From: an uncultured delta proteobacterium
Lineage (GTDB): Bacteria > Desulfobacterota > Binatia > HRBIN30 > BPIQ01
Length of the DNA: 64,000 bases
Direction of reading: 5' to 3'
Assembly: GCA_963761335.1 (NCBI GenBank)
Contig: CAVXGR010000015.1
Coordinates: 370,970-434,969 of the forward strand
The first letter of the stretch is position 1. Each line of letters opens with the position of its first letter. The notes below the pieces were generated by a model that was not told the origin of the DNA, did no database searches, and saw nothing but the letters and a program-made list of their open reading frames with translations. Positions 50,445 through 61,457 of this stretch are shown piece by piece. The position numbers were made by a program, and so were the translations under genes.

Positions 50445-50681
50445 AGGGGTAGAAGCAAATATCGGTACACAGCGCCGGCGGCCGCTTTCCCGGAATTGGA
50501 TGGGTTGCGACCGGGCACCACATTCCCACCGCAGAGAGCGACTCCCGGTGGTGAGAATCCGAAGATTTCACCGGTTCGCACAGTCTTCCCGGGCTGGGCG
50601 CTCTTTCAACTGCGTGGCGCTGTGGGTACGGTTGGGCTGGACCGTAGGGAGCGCGCGACGGCGGGAAGCGAGCAGAAGACA

Positions 50682-52685
50682 ATGGCGAACCCACCCACTG
50701 AGAAGACGGCGCCACCTCCCTCCGGCGGCCCGTCCAAGACCTCGAAAGAAGCTGCCCCCGGACGGCCGCGCCTGCAGCCCCGGGTCTGGTGGCTGATCTT
50801 CCTGGCCATCATGGTCGCCAACTACGCACTCACACGAGCGTTCTTCCCCGAGCCATCCTCGATCACGATTCCCTACACCTTCTTCAAGAAGCAGGTCGAG
50901 GCCGGCAATGTCGAGAAGGTCACCAGTGTGGGCGACGCGATCCGCGGCAGCTTCAAGACGGAAGTCGCCTATTCGCCTCAGCAGTCCCAGGCGCCGAGCG
51001 CCAAAGCGCCGCCTCCCGCGGATCAACCCAAGCCGCTCACGTCGCTGCGCTTCAGGACGCAGCGGCCGGCCTTTGCCGACCCCGGTCTCGAAGGGCTGCT
51101 CGAAGCGAGGGGCGTAGTCATCGAGGCCATGGACGAGAGTGGCTCACCCTGGTTCACGCTGCTGGTCGGCTTCGGTCCGGCCCTGCTGCTGGTCGCTGCC
51201 TTCGTCTGGATCAGTCGCCGCGCCGCGGCGGCTGGCGGTGGCCTGTTCGGCCTCGGCCGCAGCCGCGCCAAGCGCTACAGCGAGGAGCAGCCGAAGGTCA
51301 CTTTCGACGACGTCGCCGGTATCGACGAGGCGGAAAACGAGCTGATCGAGATCGTCGACTTCTTGAAAAATCCCGCCAAGTACCAGCGGCTCGGCGGCAC
51401 CGTACCGAAAGGCGTCCTGCTGGTCGGAGCGCCGGGAACCGGCAAGACGCTGCTGGCACGGGCGATCGCCGGACAAGCGGGTGTCCCCTTCTTCAGCCTG
51501 AGCGCCTCGGAGTTCATCGAGATGATCGTCGGCGTCGGCGCGTCGCGCGTGCGCGACCTGTTCCGGCAGGCTCGGGAGGCCGCGCCTTCGATCATCTTCA
51601 TCGACGAGCTGGACGCCATTGGCCGGACGCGTGGTGGCGGCGCGCAGCTCGGCGGCCACGACGAGCGCGAGCAGACGTTGAACCAGATCCTGACCGAGAT
51701 GGACGGCTTCGACTCCCGGGAAGGCGTCATTGTCTTGGCCGCAACCAATCGTGTCGACGTGCTCGACCAGGCCCTGCTGCGACCGGGGCGCTTCGACCGT
51801 CGCGTCGTGGTGCAGCGCCCCGACCGCGCCGGCCGCGCCGCCATTCTCAAGGTGCACACCAAGAACGTCCCTCTGGCCCCGGATGTCTCTCTCGAGCTGA
51901 TCGCCGCCGAGACGCCCGGCCTGGTCGGCGCCGAGCTGCGCAACCTGGTCAACGAGGCGGCTCTGCTGGCGGCGCGCAAGGACGCGAGCGCCGTGCGCGC
52001 CGAGGACTTCGGGGAGGCGATGCAAAAGATCACCCTCGGTCCGGCGCGCAACATTCTGCTGAACCCGGCCGATCGGGAGCGCACCGCCTACCACGAGGCG
52101 GGCCACGCCTTGCTGGCGCTGCTGGTGCCCGGCAGCGATCCGGTTCACCGTGTCTCGATTGTGCCGCGCGGCATGGCGCTCGGAGCGACGTATCAACTCC
52201 CCGTCGACGATCGGACCAGCTATGGCGAAGACTACCTGCGAGCGCGAATCACGGGCGCACTCGGCGGCCGCGCCGCCGAGAAGCTCGTCTATGGCCTGGT
52301 GACGACGGGTGCCGAGAACGACCTCCAGCAGGTCACCGAGATTGCCCGCCACATGGTGTTGCGCTGGGGAATGAGTGAAAAGCTCGGCCCGATCAGCTTT
52401 GTGGCGCCCCAGGACGAGGGTTTGCCGCCGGCTTTCCAGCACCAACCATACAGCGAGGCCACCTCGGAGCTGATCGACGCCGAGGTCGCCCGCATCGTCG
52501 AGGACAGTCACTGTGAGGCCGACCGGCTGCTGGCCGAGCACCGCGACAAGCTCGACGCGCTTGCCCATGGCCTCCTCAAAGCGGAATCCCTCAACGAGAA
52601 GGAGATCCGGGAAGTCACTGGCCTGACCGAGCCGCGCCCCGAGAAGGAGGACACGTCCTCACTTCTCCAGTCCGGCAAGAGATAG
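50682..52685 (+). CDS. ftsH: ATP-dependent zinc metalloprotease FtsH
   Basis: Two TMs, [29 protein letters not shown]. Confidence 0.96.
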   Translation: MANPPTEKTAPPPSGGPSKTSKEAAPGRPRLQPRVWWLIFLAIMVANYALTRAFFPEPSSITIPYTFFKKQVEAGNVEKVTSVGDAIRGSFKTEVAYSPQQSQAPSAKAPPPADQPKPLTSLRFRTQRPAFADPGLEGLLEARGVVIEAMDESGSPWFTLLVGFGPALLLVAAFVWISRRAAAAGGGLFGLGRSRAKRYSEEQPKVTFDDVAGIDEAENELIEIVDFLKNPAKYQRLGGTVPKGVLLVGAPGTGKTLLARAIAGQAGVPFFSLSASEFIEMIVGVGASRVRDLFRQAREAAPSIIFIDELDAIGRTRGGGAQLGGHDEREQTLNQILTEMDGFDSREGVIVLAATNRVDVLDQALLRPGRFDRRVVVQRPDRAGRAAILKVHTKNVPLAPDVSLELIAAETPGLVGAELRNLVNEAALLAARKDASAVRAEDFGEAMQKITLGPARNILLNPADRERTAYHEAGHALLALLVPGSDPVHRVSIVPRGMALGATYQLPVDDRTSYGEDYLRARITGALGGRAAEKLVYGLVTTGAENDLQQVTEIARHMVLRWGMSEKLGPISFVAPQDEGLPPAFQHQPYSEATSELIDAEVARIVEDSHCEADRLLAEHRDKLDALAHGLLKAESLNEKEIREVTGLTEPRPEKEDTSSLLQSGKR

Positions 52686-52722
52686 CGACCCCGATCCCGC
52701 AAGGCGCAGTAGTTCTACGTGC

Positions 52723-53649
52723 GTGTTCCTGCGCTCTAGACAGCGCGACGGCTTGGGGGCATCGTCGTTCAACCGAAGAACTCCCGCGTCACCGGAGTCG
52801 GAGGTATCCCAAAACGTGAACGTGCTCATACCACCGCCGCATGCTGAGCCGCAGGACGAGGATTTCGCGTACTGCCGCGAGATCCAGGAGGAGCCCGGAG
52901 CGATCGGGCTCATTCGCCGTGCCCAGGCGGAGGTGATCGGGTTAGAGAAGCTCGCCCGACAACGGGAACGCCTCGCCGCCATCGGCGCCGTCACCGCCAC
53001 CATCGTTCACGATATCGGCAACTCACTGCAGGGTCTCGTGATGCAAGCGCAGGTGATCATGCTTCGCGCCCGAGAGAGTGATATCCCCTCGACTCAGGCG
53101 ATGGCCGAGCCGGCCGAACGCATCATCTCGACGGTGTGCCGACTGGGTGATCTGGTGAAAGAGGTCGTGGCCTTCGCCGGTGAGCAGCGTCTCGAGCTGG
53201 CTGAAGTGGACGTCTGCCATTTTCTGCAGGAGGCCGTTTCGTTCTGGCAACCGGTGGCGGCCACCCACGCCATTGAGATCCAACTCGATCCGGATCGCGT
53301 CGGCGTCGTCCAGGCGGATGAGAACCAACTGCGGCGCGCCTTGGACAACCTGCTCAAAAACGCCATCGAGGCGATCGACCAGGGGCCGGGCTGCGTGAGG
53401 GTTCTTGCGGTTGCACGGACCGAAAAGACCGTACGAATCTCCATCGAGGACACGGGTCCCGGCTTTCCGAAAACCATCGAAGCGTTTCGCTCATTTGAGA
53501 CGACGAAGGTTGGTGGGACCGGCCTCGGTTTGGCTCTTGCCCGGCAGGTGATGTGCGCCCATGGTGGCGCCATCGGCCTGGCTGACCTCTCTCCGCATGG
53601 CACAGCCTTTCACTTGGACCTCCCGCGACACGCGCACTTTCGTCATTGA
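52723..53649 (+). CDS. Sensor-less histidine kinase (HisKA + HATPase)
   Basis: HDIGNSL, NLLKNAIEA, EDTGPG, GTGLGL. Start uncertain. Confidence 0.85.
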   Translation: MFLRSRQRDGLGASSFNRRTPASPESEVSQNVNVLIPPPHAEPQDEDFAYCREIQEEPGAIGLIRRAQAEVIGLEKLARQRERLAAIGAVTATIVHDIGNSLQGLVMQAQVIMLRARESDIPSTQAMAEPAERIISTVCRLGDLVKEVVAFAGEQRLELAEVDVCHFLQEAVSFWQPVAATHAIEIQLDPDRVGVVQADENQLRRALDNLLKNAIEAIDQGPGCVRVLAVARTEKTVRISIEDTGPGFPKTIEAFRSFETTKVGGTGLGLALARQVMCAHGGAIGLADLSPHGTAFHLDLPRHAHFRH

Positions 53650-53941
53650 CGACGACTCTGCCACGGCGGAGAAGGCATACCCTTGGTGGTGCCCCGCCTC
53701 GCCTTTCGGCGTGGGTTATGCAATACATGTACACACTGACCCACCGCCCCCGGTGCAAGGCTTCGCAGAGTCTGCGGATCTAGCCGAGGGGCAATCGGAA
53801 AGGCAAAGCCCCTCAACTACGACGTCACGCTCTCCCTCCTTGCGCTCGGAACGCTTTGCTCGCGCCGAGCCGTCCGAGGCCGCCAGCTCGATTGCTGCCA
53901 ACCCGGCCGCGTTCGGCGTCGTCCCAACCTCTGGAGACACA

Positions 53942-55105
53942 ATGATACCATCGATGAACGAGCTCGGCCTCATCCCCGCCCTGGCGGAGGCGGTGGCCGA
54001 CATGGGATATACGCGCCCGACGCCGATCCAGGCGCAAGGCATACCGGTCGTCCTCGCCGGTCGCGACCTGATCGGCTGCGCGGCGACTGGCACCGGCAAG
54101 ACGGCGGCCTTCCTCCTGCCGATCCTGCAGCGCCTGCAGGGGAAACACGATATCGGCTGCCGGGCGCTCATCCTGTCTCCGACGCGCGAGCTGGCGCTGC
54201 AGATCGACGAGCAGGTGCTCGCGCTCGGCTACCACGTCGGCCTCAGTGCGGTCGCTGTCGTCGGTGGGGTCGACATGCGCCCGCAGGAGTGGGCGCTGCG
54301 CGATGGCTGCGAGATCGTCGTCGCCACGCCGGGGCGACTGCTGGACCACGCGCGCTTCAAATACGTCGACCTCAGCGCGGTCGAGGTCGTCGTCATTGAT
54401 GAAGCGGACCGCATGCTCGACATGGGGTTCCTGCCCGACGTCCACCGCATCCTCTCGATGCTGCCGGCAACCCGACAGACGCTGCTCTTCTCCGCGACCC
54501 TTTCGCCGAGCATCCGAGAGCTTGCCCGCACGATTCTGCGCGATCCGGTGACCGTGACCGTCGACCGGCAGCGGCCGGCAGGCGGGATCGCCCACAGCAC
54601 CTACCGCGTCGCCCAGGAGAGGAAGTCGTCTCTGCTCGCGACCCTGCTGCGCCCGAGCGAGATGCGCTCGGTGCTGGTGTTCGTGAAACGCAAGGTCGAT
54701 GCGGATCGCCTCGCCCGCGTGGTGGCAAGGAGCGGCGTCAACGCCACCAGCATCCATTCCAACCGCAGCCAGGCGGAGCGCACCGCGGCGCTCGATGCCT
54801 TCCGGCGCGGCGACTGTGCGGTTCTGGTGGCCACCGACGTGGCGGGGCGCGGGCTCGACATCAGCGGCATCTCGCACGTGATCAACTTCGACGTGCCGCG
54901 GTGTTCCGACGACTACATCCACCGCGCCGGGCGCACGGCGCGGGCGGGCGCGACCGGGCGCGTGATCACCTTCATTGCCCCGGAGGAAGAAGCCCTCCTC
55001 GGTGAGATTCAGGCCGAGCTCGGCATCGCCTTGCCGCATACCGCGTTGCCCGCTTCCGCGGGCCGGCACCTTTCGAGGTCACCAACACATCACCCGCAGA
55101 GTTGA
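53942..55105 (+). CDS. DEAD-box RNA helicase (RhlE-like)
   Basis: PTPIQ, ATGTGKT, PTRELA, DEADRMLDMGF, SAT, HRAGRT. Confidence 0.95.
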   Translation: MIPSMNELGLIPALAEAVADMGYTRPTPIQAQGIPVVLAGRDLIGCAATGTGKTAAFLLPILQRLQGKHDIGCRALILSPTRELALQIDEQVLALGYHVGLSAVAVVGGVDMRPQEWALRDGCEIVVATPGRLLDHARFKYVDLSAVEVVVIDEADRMLDMGFLPDVHRILSMLPATRQTLLFSATLSPSIRELARTILRDPVTVTVDRQRPAGGIAHSTYRVAQERKSSLLATLLRPSEMRSVLVFVKRKVDADRLARVVARSGVNATSIHSNRSQAERTAALDAFRRGDCAVLVATDVAGRGLDISGISHVINFDVPRCSDDYIHRAGRTARAGATGRVITFIAPEEEALLGEIQAELGIALPHTALPASAGRHLSRSPTHHPQS

Positions 55106-55154
55106 CCCCCGGCCTCCCCGGAAATATACGCTCTCGGAAACGGGGAGGACGCGT

Positions 55155-55445
55155 ATGGCCAAGTCAAGCGGTCTGTTCACCGGTGTGCTGAGCGCGCTGT
55201 TGCTGTCGGCAGCATTGACGTACGCCGCCGGGCCCAAGACCTATCAGGTCACCGGACCGGTGCTCGAGGTCAAGGACGATATGATTGCGGTCCAGAAGGG
55301 GAAGGATCGGTGGGAGATCGGTCGTGATGCTTCGACCAAGGTCACGGGAGATCTGAAGGTAGGCTCCAAGGTGACGATCGAGTACAAGATGATGGGCACG
55401 GCGGTCGAGGTGAAGCCAGAAAAGAGTGCGGCCAAGAAGAAGTAA
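55155..55445 (+). CDS. Small secreted OB-fold-like protein
   Basis: Signal peptide, YQVTGPVLEV, LKVGSKVTIEY. Confidence 0.8.
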   Translation: MAKSSGLFTGVLSALLLSAALTYAAGPKTYQVTGPVLEVKDDMIAVQKGKDRWEIGRDASTKVTGDLKVGSKVTIEYKMMGTAVEVKPEKSAAKKK

Positions 55446-55523
55446 ACGCGTTGAGATGCGCCTCAGCGCGCTCGGCTGCGGCGTGTCCCCGAACAGCGGT
55501 ATCCCCGCCGAGAGGAGAGAGGC

Positions 55524-56249
55524 ATGCCACTCAGAAATCGTGTGGTCGCAGAGTTCGTCGGAACCTTCTGGCTAGTGCTCGGAGGGTGCGGCAGCGCAGT
55601 GCTGGCCGCGGCTTTCCCAAACGTGGGTATCGGGTTGTTGGGAGTGGCCCTCGCCTTTGGTCTGACCGTAATGACCATGGGATACGCCATCGGCCACATC
55701 TCGGGATATCACCTGAATCCGGCAGTCACCTTTGGCCTCGTCGCCGGCGGCCGCTTCAAGTCGTCCGACGCCGGACCCTACATCCTCGCCCAGGTGCTCG
55801 GTGCGATCGTCGCGGCGGCGCTGCTGTATGTGATCGCCAGCGGTAAGCCCGGGTTCGACATCAACGGTGGGCTTGCCGCCAACGGCTACGGGGCACATTC
55901 GCCCGGAGGCTACTCCTTGTTCGCCGGCCTCGTCACCGAGGTGGTCATGACCTTCATGTTCCTGATGATCATCCTCGGCGCGACCGACGAGCGTGCGCCG
56001 AAGGGATTTGCGCCGATCGCCATCGGCTTGGGCCTCACCCTCATTCACCTGATCAGCATCCCGGTGACCAACACCTCGGTGAACCCGGCACGCAGCACCG
56101 GGCCGGCGCTGATGGTCGGCGGCTGGGCCTTGGCGCAGCTGTGGCTGTTCTGGCTCGCGCCGCTGATCGGCGCGGGCCTCGCGGGCGTCGCCTATCGTTT
56201 GCTCGGAAGCGAGAGGACACAGGGCCTCCGGGAGGGCCCGCGTGCCTAG
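55524..56249 (+). CDS. aqpZ: Aquaporin Z
   Basis: [15 protein letters not shown], two NPA motifs. Confidence 0.96.
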   Translation: MPLRNRVVAEFVGTFWLVLGGCGSAVLAAAFPNVGIGLLGVALAFGLTVMTMGYAIGHISGYHLNPAVTFGLVAGGRFKSSDAGPYILAQVLGAIVAAALLYVIASGKPGFDINGGLAANGYGAHSPGGYSLFAGLVTEVVMTFMFLMIILGATDERAPKGFAPIAIGLGLTLIHLISIPVTNTSVNPARSTGPALMVGGWALAQLWLFWLAPLIGAGLAGVAYRLLGSERTQGLREGPRA

Positions 56250-56387
56250 ATACAAGCCCGGGTGCATCGAAGAATCGCGCCTCGAGCGCGGCGCAGCGCC
56301 TCTATCGGAGAACGGACCAGGAGAAGCGGACGGGTCGGCTCGAAGGCGCCGGCCTGACAACCGCGCCGCGAGCTGCTGAACGAGCGC

Positions 56388-58679
56388 ATGCGCATGGGAA
56401 GGTTGTCGCGGACCTTCGCCCTCATCATCGCGTGGCGGTGGTACGTGCTCGCCTTCTATGCGCTGGTGCTGCTCCCGAGCGTCTACTTCGCCGCGCAGGT
56501 CCGCCAAGACAATTCCCTCGACCGGCTCGTAATCGCGAGCGACCCGGACTACATCGCCACCCGCGACTTCGAGAAAGTATTCGGCGCGGGCGAGTTTGCG
56601 CTCCTCCTGGTGGAGGCCGATGATCCGTTCTCTGCGAATGTGGTCGAGCGGGTCGATCGCATCGAGCGCGCCCTCCGCACGGTCCCCCATGTAACCGCAA
56701 ACTCCGCCCTTTCGGTGTTCCGGCGGGCGCGCGCGGGCTTCGAGCCAACGGCCGCACAAATCGCTGCATTCCAGCAGTTCGTGACCGGCACCGACCTCTT
56801 TCGCAAGCAGGGGCTGGTGGGCGATCACTTCCTCGCCATCGGGCTCGTGTTGGACGTGAAGGGTAACGAGGAGCGCCAGCACACACTCGCGGCCATCGAC
56901 CGGGCGATCGACGCCTCGGCGGTGAGCGGCTCACCGCCGCTGGCCGTCCACAAGCTGGGTCAACCATATGTCAACGTCTACCTCGACGACACGCTGCGCT
57001 CGGCCTGGCGGTATTTCGCCCTCTTCGGCGGGTTCGTCGTGGTCTTCAATCTCGCGCTGTACCGCTCGGTGCGTACCCTGGCGGCGTTCCTGATCACACT
57101 CGGGGTCTGCCTGGCGGCGTCGGTCGGCTATATCGGCGCGACCGGTGGCACGCTGACGATCGTCTCGCCGATGGTGCCGATGACGATTCTGGTCACGGCG
57201 ACGGCAACGTTGGTTTACATCCATTCGCGCTTCGTGGACCGGCCCGCCGGCCGCTCGGTCGACGCGCATCAAGTGTTCGCCTTGACCAACAAGTTCGTCG
57301 CCTGCACCGCATCGATCTTCGCGACCGCAGCAGGTTTCGCGGCGTTGATGGTGTCGAGCATCCGGCCCGTTCACGAGATGGGTCGCTGGGTCGCCGTGGG
57401 ACTGATCTTCACCTGGGTCATCGTGTTCACCCTCTTTCCCGCCTTGCAGAAGCTGCTGCAGACCCCGACCGAGCCGGAACGGGACACGTCTGGCGTTTGG
57501 CTCGTGCGCTTCGCCACCTGGTTGCCGCGCTTCACCTACCGCTGGCGCTGGCCCCTCGTCGTCACCTCGCTGATGCTGAGCGGGCTCGGTGCCGTCGCTC
57601 TGTTCGGCCTTCCGGGTATCGTCGGCCGGGTGCCGCTGCTCACCGATCCGGTGGAGTACATGGATCACGCCTCGCCGCTGTACCAGGACATCCGGCGTCT
57701 GCAGCCGATCATCCCCGGCCTGTCGATCACCCAGGTGTGGCTCAAGGGCCCGCTCGGCAGCGTCTCCGAGCCGGCGGTGCTGACGGGCCTGGACAGCTTT
57801 CAGCAAGCTTTGGAGAACGACCCGGACGTGGGTGCGGCAATCGGCGTCACGACGATCTTGCGCATGTTCCGCTACATCGCCGGCGCCGGCGATCGCTGGC
57901 CCGACGACCCCAAGGCGGTCGAGCAGCTGGCCGGCGATCTCGAAGGTCTGATGGCGACCGAGCCGATGCTGCAAAGCTTCGTCCAGCCACACGCGCTGGC
58001 GCAGACACAGATGACGGTGATCACCCGTACGGCGGAGTACGACGGGTTCGTGCGGCTCGACGCCTCCATTCGCCGTCATTGGCAGGACGCGCTGACGGCT
58101 CACCCCGCGCTGCGCCGGTTCGAGCTGCAGACAGTCGGGTTGAACCCGCTGCACGCGAAGATGGCGCAGAACCTGGTGCCCACGTTGGTCGAGAGCTTCG
58201 CGCTGACGGTAGGCGTCATCTTCTCGGTGTTTCTGCTCGTCTTCCGCAACGGCACGGCGCGGCTGATGGCCATGCTGCCGTCGCTCTTCGCGATCCTGGT
58301 GATGTTCCTGATCATGCGCCTGCTGGGCATGCGGCTCAACATCGCGACGATCCTGATCGCCTCGACGGTGCTCGGTACGTCCGAGAACGACCAGATCCAT
58401 TTCTTCTATCACTTCCTCGAGAAGCGGCGGGACGGTACGGTCGAGGAGTCGCTGCGGCACACGTTGCGCATTGCCGGGCGGGCGATCGTGTTCGCGACGC
58501 TCATCAACGCCGGCGGCTTTCTCGCCTTCGGGCTCGGCGACCTGCCCCCAATGCGTCAGTTCGGTGTGCTCGCGGCCCTGGCCTTTGTGCTGTCGATGGT
58601 GGCGGATTTCACCGCACTGCCGGCGGCGCTGTGGATCCTGTTCCGCGCCCGCCCGGACGGGGATCGCCAGGCTGGCTAG
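56388..58679 (+). CDS. MMPL/RND-family transporter
   Basis: Two TM bundles with periplasmic loops, TAAGFAAL, LGTSENDQIHF, GRAIVFAT. Confidence 0.85.
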   Translation: MRMGRLSRTFALIIAWRWYVLAFYALVLLPSVYFAAQVRQDNSLDRLVIASDPDYIATRDFEKVFGAGEFALLLVEADDPFSANVVERVDRIERALRTVPHVTANSALSVFRRARAGFEPTAAQIAAFQQFVTGTDLFRKQGLVGDHFLAIGLVLDVKGNEERQHTLAAIDRAIDASAVSGSPPLAVHKLGQPYVNVYLDDTLRSAWRYFALFGGFVVVFNLALYRSVRTLAAFLITLGVCLAASVGYIGATGGTLTIVSPMVPMTILVTATATLVYIHSRFVDRPAGRSVDAHQVFALTNKFVACTASIFATAAGFAALMVSSIRPVHEMGRWVAVGLIFTWVIVFTLFPALQKLLQTPTEPERDTSGVWLVRFATWLPRFTYRWRWPLVVTSLMLSGLGAVALFGLPGIVGRVPLLTDPVEYMDHASPLYQDIRRLQPIIPGLSITQVWLKGPLGSVSEPAVLTGLDSFQQALENDPDVGAAIGVTTILRMFRYIAGAGDRWPDDPKAVEQLAGDLEGLMATEPMLQSFVQPHALAQTQMTVITRTAEYDGFVRLDASIRRHWQDALTAHPALRRFELQTVGLNPLHAKMAQNLVPTLVESFALTVGVIFSVFLLVFRNGTARLMAMLPSLFAILVMFLIMRLLGMRLNIATILIASTVLGTSENDQIHFFYHFLEKRRDGTVEESLRHTLRIAGRAIVFATLINAGGFLAFGLGDLPPMRQFGVLAALAFVLSMVADFTALPAALWILFRARPDGDRQAG

Positions 58680-58729
58680 CTATAGCTAGGGGGTGGTTGC
58701 GCCGCCGGCACAGGCCGGAGCACGATCGC

Positions 58730-59416
58730 TCAGAGTGGAGCGACCGCCGTCGGCGTGCACGGTGGCAACGCGGCGTCGTCAATGAGCTGTTGCAGGAGTC
58801 TCCGGTCATCGGGGCGGAGGGCCGACTGGTCGGCAAGGCAGCGGCAGAGGTGGGGAGCGGCGGGAGCCGGATCACCCAGGGCAATGTAGGCCTCCGCCAG
58901 GCGCAGGTGATTCTCCAGCACTTCCGGGTGCACGCGCACCAGGCCCTCGAGCAGCTGGAGGCCAACCTCGGAGTTGCCGTGCTCGAGCAACATGGCGGGG
59001 GCCATGACATACAGTGTGCCGAGCAGGCGCGTCGCCGCGCCGCCGCGAAAGTTCGGATCGAGCTCCCTGCTCCGCCGGGCGCAGCGTTCGATCTCCGGGA
59101 CAAGATGCGCCGCCAGGAGCCCCTTTTGCTGCACCAGTCGGCCCGTCACCGCGGCCCGCGCGAACAGAGATGGGGCGGTATCCTCCGTGTGCGCCCGCAC
59201 GATGTCGTACGCGTACTTGCGATCGTCGGGTGTATCCTGGCCGGCGGCGATCAAACCTTCGAGCGCGTCCGACACCGCCAGCGCATCTTGCCGATCGCCC
59301 ACCGCGATGAGCTCGGGATGGACGGCGCTCCTGCGAATGGCGCACGCCGAGCTGAGAAGGAGGCAGGCGGCAACCAACCGCGCCGGCCAGCCATCGATGC
59401 AGAGACGCACGCGCAT
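58730..59416 (-). CDS. TPR/TatT-like lipoprotein
   Basis: Lipobox LSSAC, ELDPNFRGGAATRLLGTLY..AP, HPEVLENHLRLAEAY. Confidence 0.65.
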   Translation of the reverse strand: MRVRLCIDGWPARLVAACLLLSSACAIRRSAVHPELIAVGDRQDALAVSDALEGLIAAGQDTPDDRKYAYDIVRAHTEDTAPSLFARAAVTGRLVQQKGLLAAHLVPEIERCARRSRELDPNFRGGAATRLLGTLYVMAPAMLLEHGNSEVGLQLLEGLVRVHPEVLENHLRLAEAYIALGDPAPAAPHLCRCLADQSALRPDDRRLLQQLIDDAALPPCTPTAVAPL

Positions 59417-59427
59417 CTTCGGGGGCG

Positions 59428-60330
59428 TTACTTTCCGTATGCGGCGACGACCGCCGCATACTCCGTGGCGCTTGCGGCTTTGAGCGAGACAATGCCCACC
59501 TCCGCGCAGGCGCTCTGTCCGTCGTTGTCGCACAGGTCGGCGAGATGCTCCTGGAACTGCTTGCGCTCGGCTTCCGGCGCCGCCGGGAACGCGGTCACGA
59601 CCATCGGCGGCAACTCCGCGCTCTTCCACACTGTGCGCAGCGCGTCGGCCCCCTCGAGATGCGGCAGCTCGGCGAGCTGTGCGTCGTCGATCAAGGCGCA
59701 GACGGCATCCCCGTTGATCACCTTGGCGATCGTCTGCAGCGGCCGTTGGGCCTCGACGACGGTGAAATCGGCCAACGTGAATCTCCCTCCCGCCACGACG
59801 CGCTCGATGAAGCGCGCGTCGTCCGTGTGGTCGCTCACCACGGTCTTCCCTTTACAGCCGGCGAGATCCACGGCGCTCTTGCTGATCAGATAGTACTGCC
59901 GGCCTCCGGCCAGCGACACCGCTACTTGTCCGAGCACATCGAGCCCGTACCTTGCCCGCAGAGCCAGGAAGACCGGTAGCGAGAAGATGCCGTAGTGGGG
60001 GTGATGCGCCTGGATGAACGCCTCGGCGGCACTGCGATTGTTGTAGTACTGTCCCTTGGCATCGGCCCAACCATTCTGCTCCGCCGCAATGGCGACAAAG
60101 CGGTCGAGGTAGGGCTGCACCAAAGTCGGGCTGCCGACCCCATGCTCTTTGACCACGAGGATCCACACCGTTGCCGTGTCCGCCGGCGCCGAGACGGCCG
60201 GCCACTGCAGCAGCAAAATGAAAACGGCTGCCACGAGCGCCAACCGCCCCACAGCCGTAGGCCGCACGGGCCTCACGTCGTGGGGCCGAAGCTTGCCCGA
60301 CCTGCGAAGTCGCTGTTTGCTCACTGCCAT
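59428..60330 (-). CDS. PhnD/SsuA-like periplasmic binding protein
   Basis: Signal peptide, YYLISKS..DLAGCKGKT, ALID, WKSAELPP. Confidence 0.7.
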   Translation of the reverse strand: MAVSKQRLRRSGKLRPHDVRPVRPTAVGRLALVAAVFILLLQWPAVSAPADTATVWILVVKEHGVGSPTLVQPYLDRFVAIAAEQNGWADAKGQYYNNRSAAEAFIQAHHPHYGIFSLPVFLALRARYGLDVLGQVAVSLAGGRQYYLISKSAVDLAGCKGKTVVSDHTDDARFIERVVAGGRFTLADFTVVEAQRPLQTIAKVINGDAVCALIDDAQLAELPHLEGADALRTVWKSAELPPMVVTAFPAAPEAERKQFQEHLADLCDNDGQSACAEVGIVSLKAASATEYAAVVAAYGK

Positions 60331-60483
60331 CCGAGACACCTGTCCCTTACCCTTAGTACCAAATTTTCCCCTTCGGTGAAGAGCCTGGTCTTTGCTCCTT
60401 GCGAGGCGAGAGCAATTTCTGCCGGTCCGAGATCTGCGAGCCCCCGGGGCGGAACACATGGGGCGTGGAGGTCCGCAGAATGC

Positions 60484-60739
60484 AGTACTGTCCTGATCTG
60501 TTTGGGGGAATGGACCCCGTTGACAACCACTGCCCGTCGATTTTCACGCCGCTGCGGGCGCGGGTTCCCTCTCCCGCATCTTCTCGCGGGAGAAGGCCAG
60601 GGTGAGGGTGCCGATCTCTTTGAATGTCGAAGAAACCACCTTGATCCTCTCCCCGCGAAAAGAATGCGGGGAGAGGAGACCCTTGCGCGAGGCGGCGGGA
60701 GATAATTGCAGAGTCGGACCGGCAAACGAGGACAGTGCC
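60484..60739. repeat. ~260-bp MITE-like repeat, copy B
   Basis: Ends AGTACTGTCC and GGACAGTGCC; flanked by CAGAATGC on both sides. Confidence 0.85.
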
Positions 60740-60859
60740 CAGAATGCCCAGGACTGGTGCCCAATAGCGAAAACTGATAATCAGCAAAGCTCCATTCGGT
60801 GTCGGGCATGGCCCGCGATGCGGGACGCGCATCTCAACCACCGAAGTAGAGGAGGGCGT

Positions 60860-61345
60860 ATGAGGAAGATATTCGTGATGGCGGCGATCGGCGTGATCGT
60901 CAGTAGCGGCATGGCCCTCGCCGGCGACACCGACGTGGGCTGTGGCTGGGGAACGATGGCCTTCAAGGGGCAGCGGGGCGTGGCTCCCAAGATTTTGGCC
61001 GCGACTACCAACAGCCTTCTGGGCAACCAGACCTTCGGCATCAGCTCCGGTACGGCGGGCTGCAACCAGGGCGGCACGGTGACGGCATCGGCGCGTCTCA
61101 GCATGTACGCGGCCGCGAACATCGACAAGCTGGCGAGCGACATGGCCGCGGGCCAAGGCGAGTCGCTCGACACGCTGGCGTATCTGATGGGCATCGACGA
61201 AGCCGTCAAGCCGGTCTTCTTCCAGCTCACCAAGTCGCACTTCAGCCAGCTGTTCCCATCTGACGCCGTGACCGCCGGACAGATGCTCACGACGTTGCGG
61301 GGCTTGCTGGCCAGCGAACCGCAACTGGCGAAGTACGCGGCCTGA
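60860..61345 (+). CDS. DUF3015-family secreted protein
   Basis: GCGWG, AATTN, NQTFGISSGTAGC, DMAAGQGESL. Confidence 0.9.
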   Translation: MRKIFVMAAIGVIVSSGMALAGDTDVGCGWGTMAFKGQRGVAPKILAATTNSLLGNQTFGISSGTAGCNQGGTVTASARLSMYAAANIDKLASDMAAGQGESLDTLAYLMGIDEAVKPVFFQLTKSHFSQLFPSDAVTAGQMLTTLRGLLASEPQLAKYAA

Positions 61346-61457
61346 CAAGCTCGCAGCGGACCGCGGGTTCAGCTCGCAGAAGACGGACCACAGCCGAGCG
61401 GCGGCCCTCAAGCCCCGGCTGTGGACCGTCGGCTGCGGATTTCTGTTCTCCCGCGGT

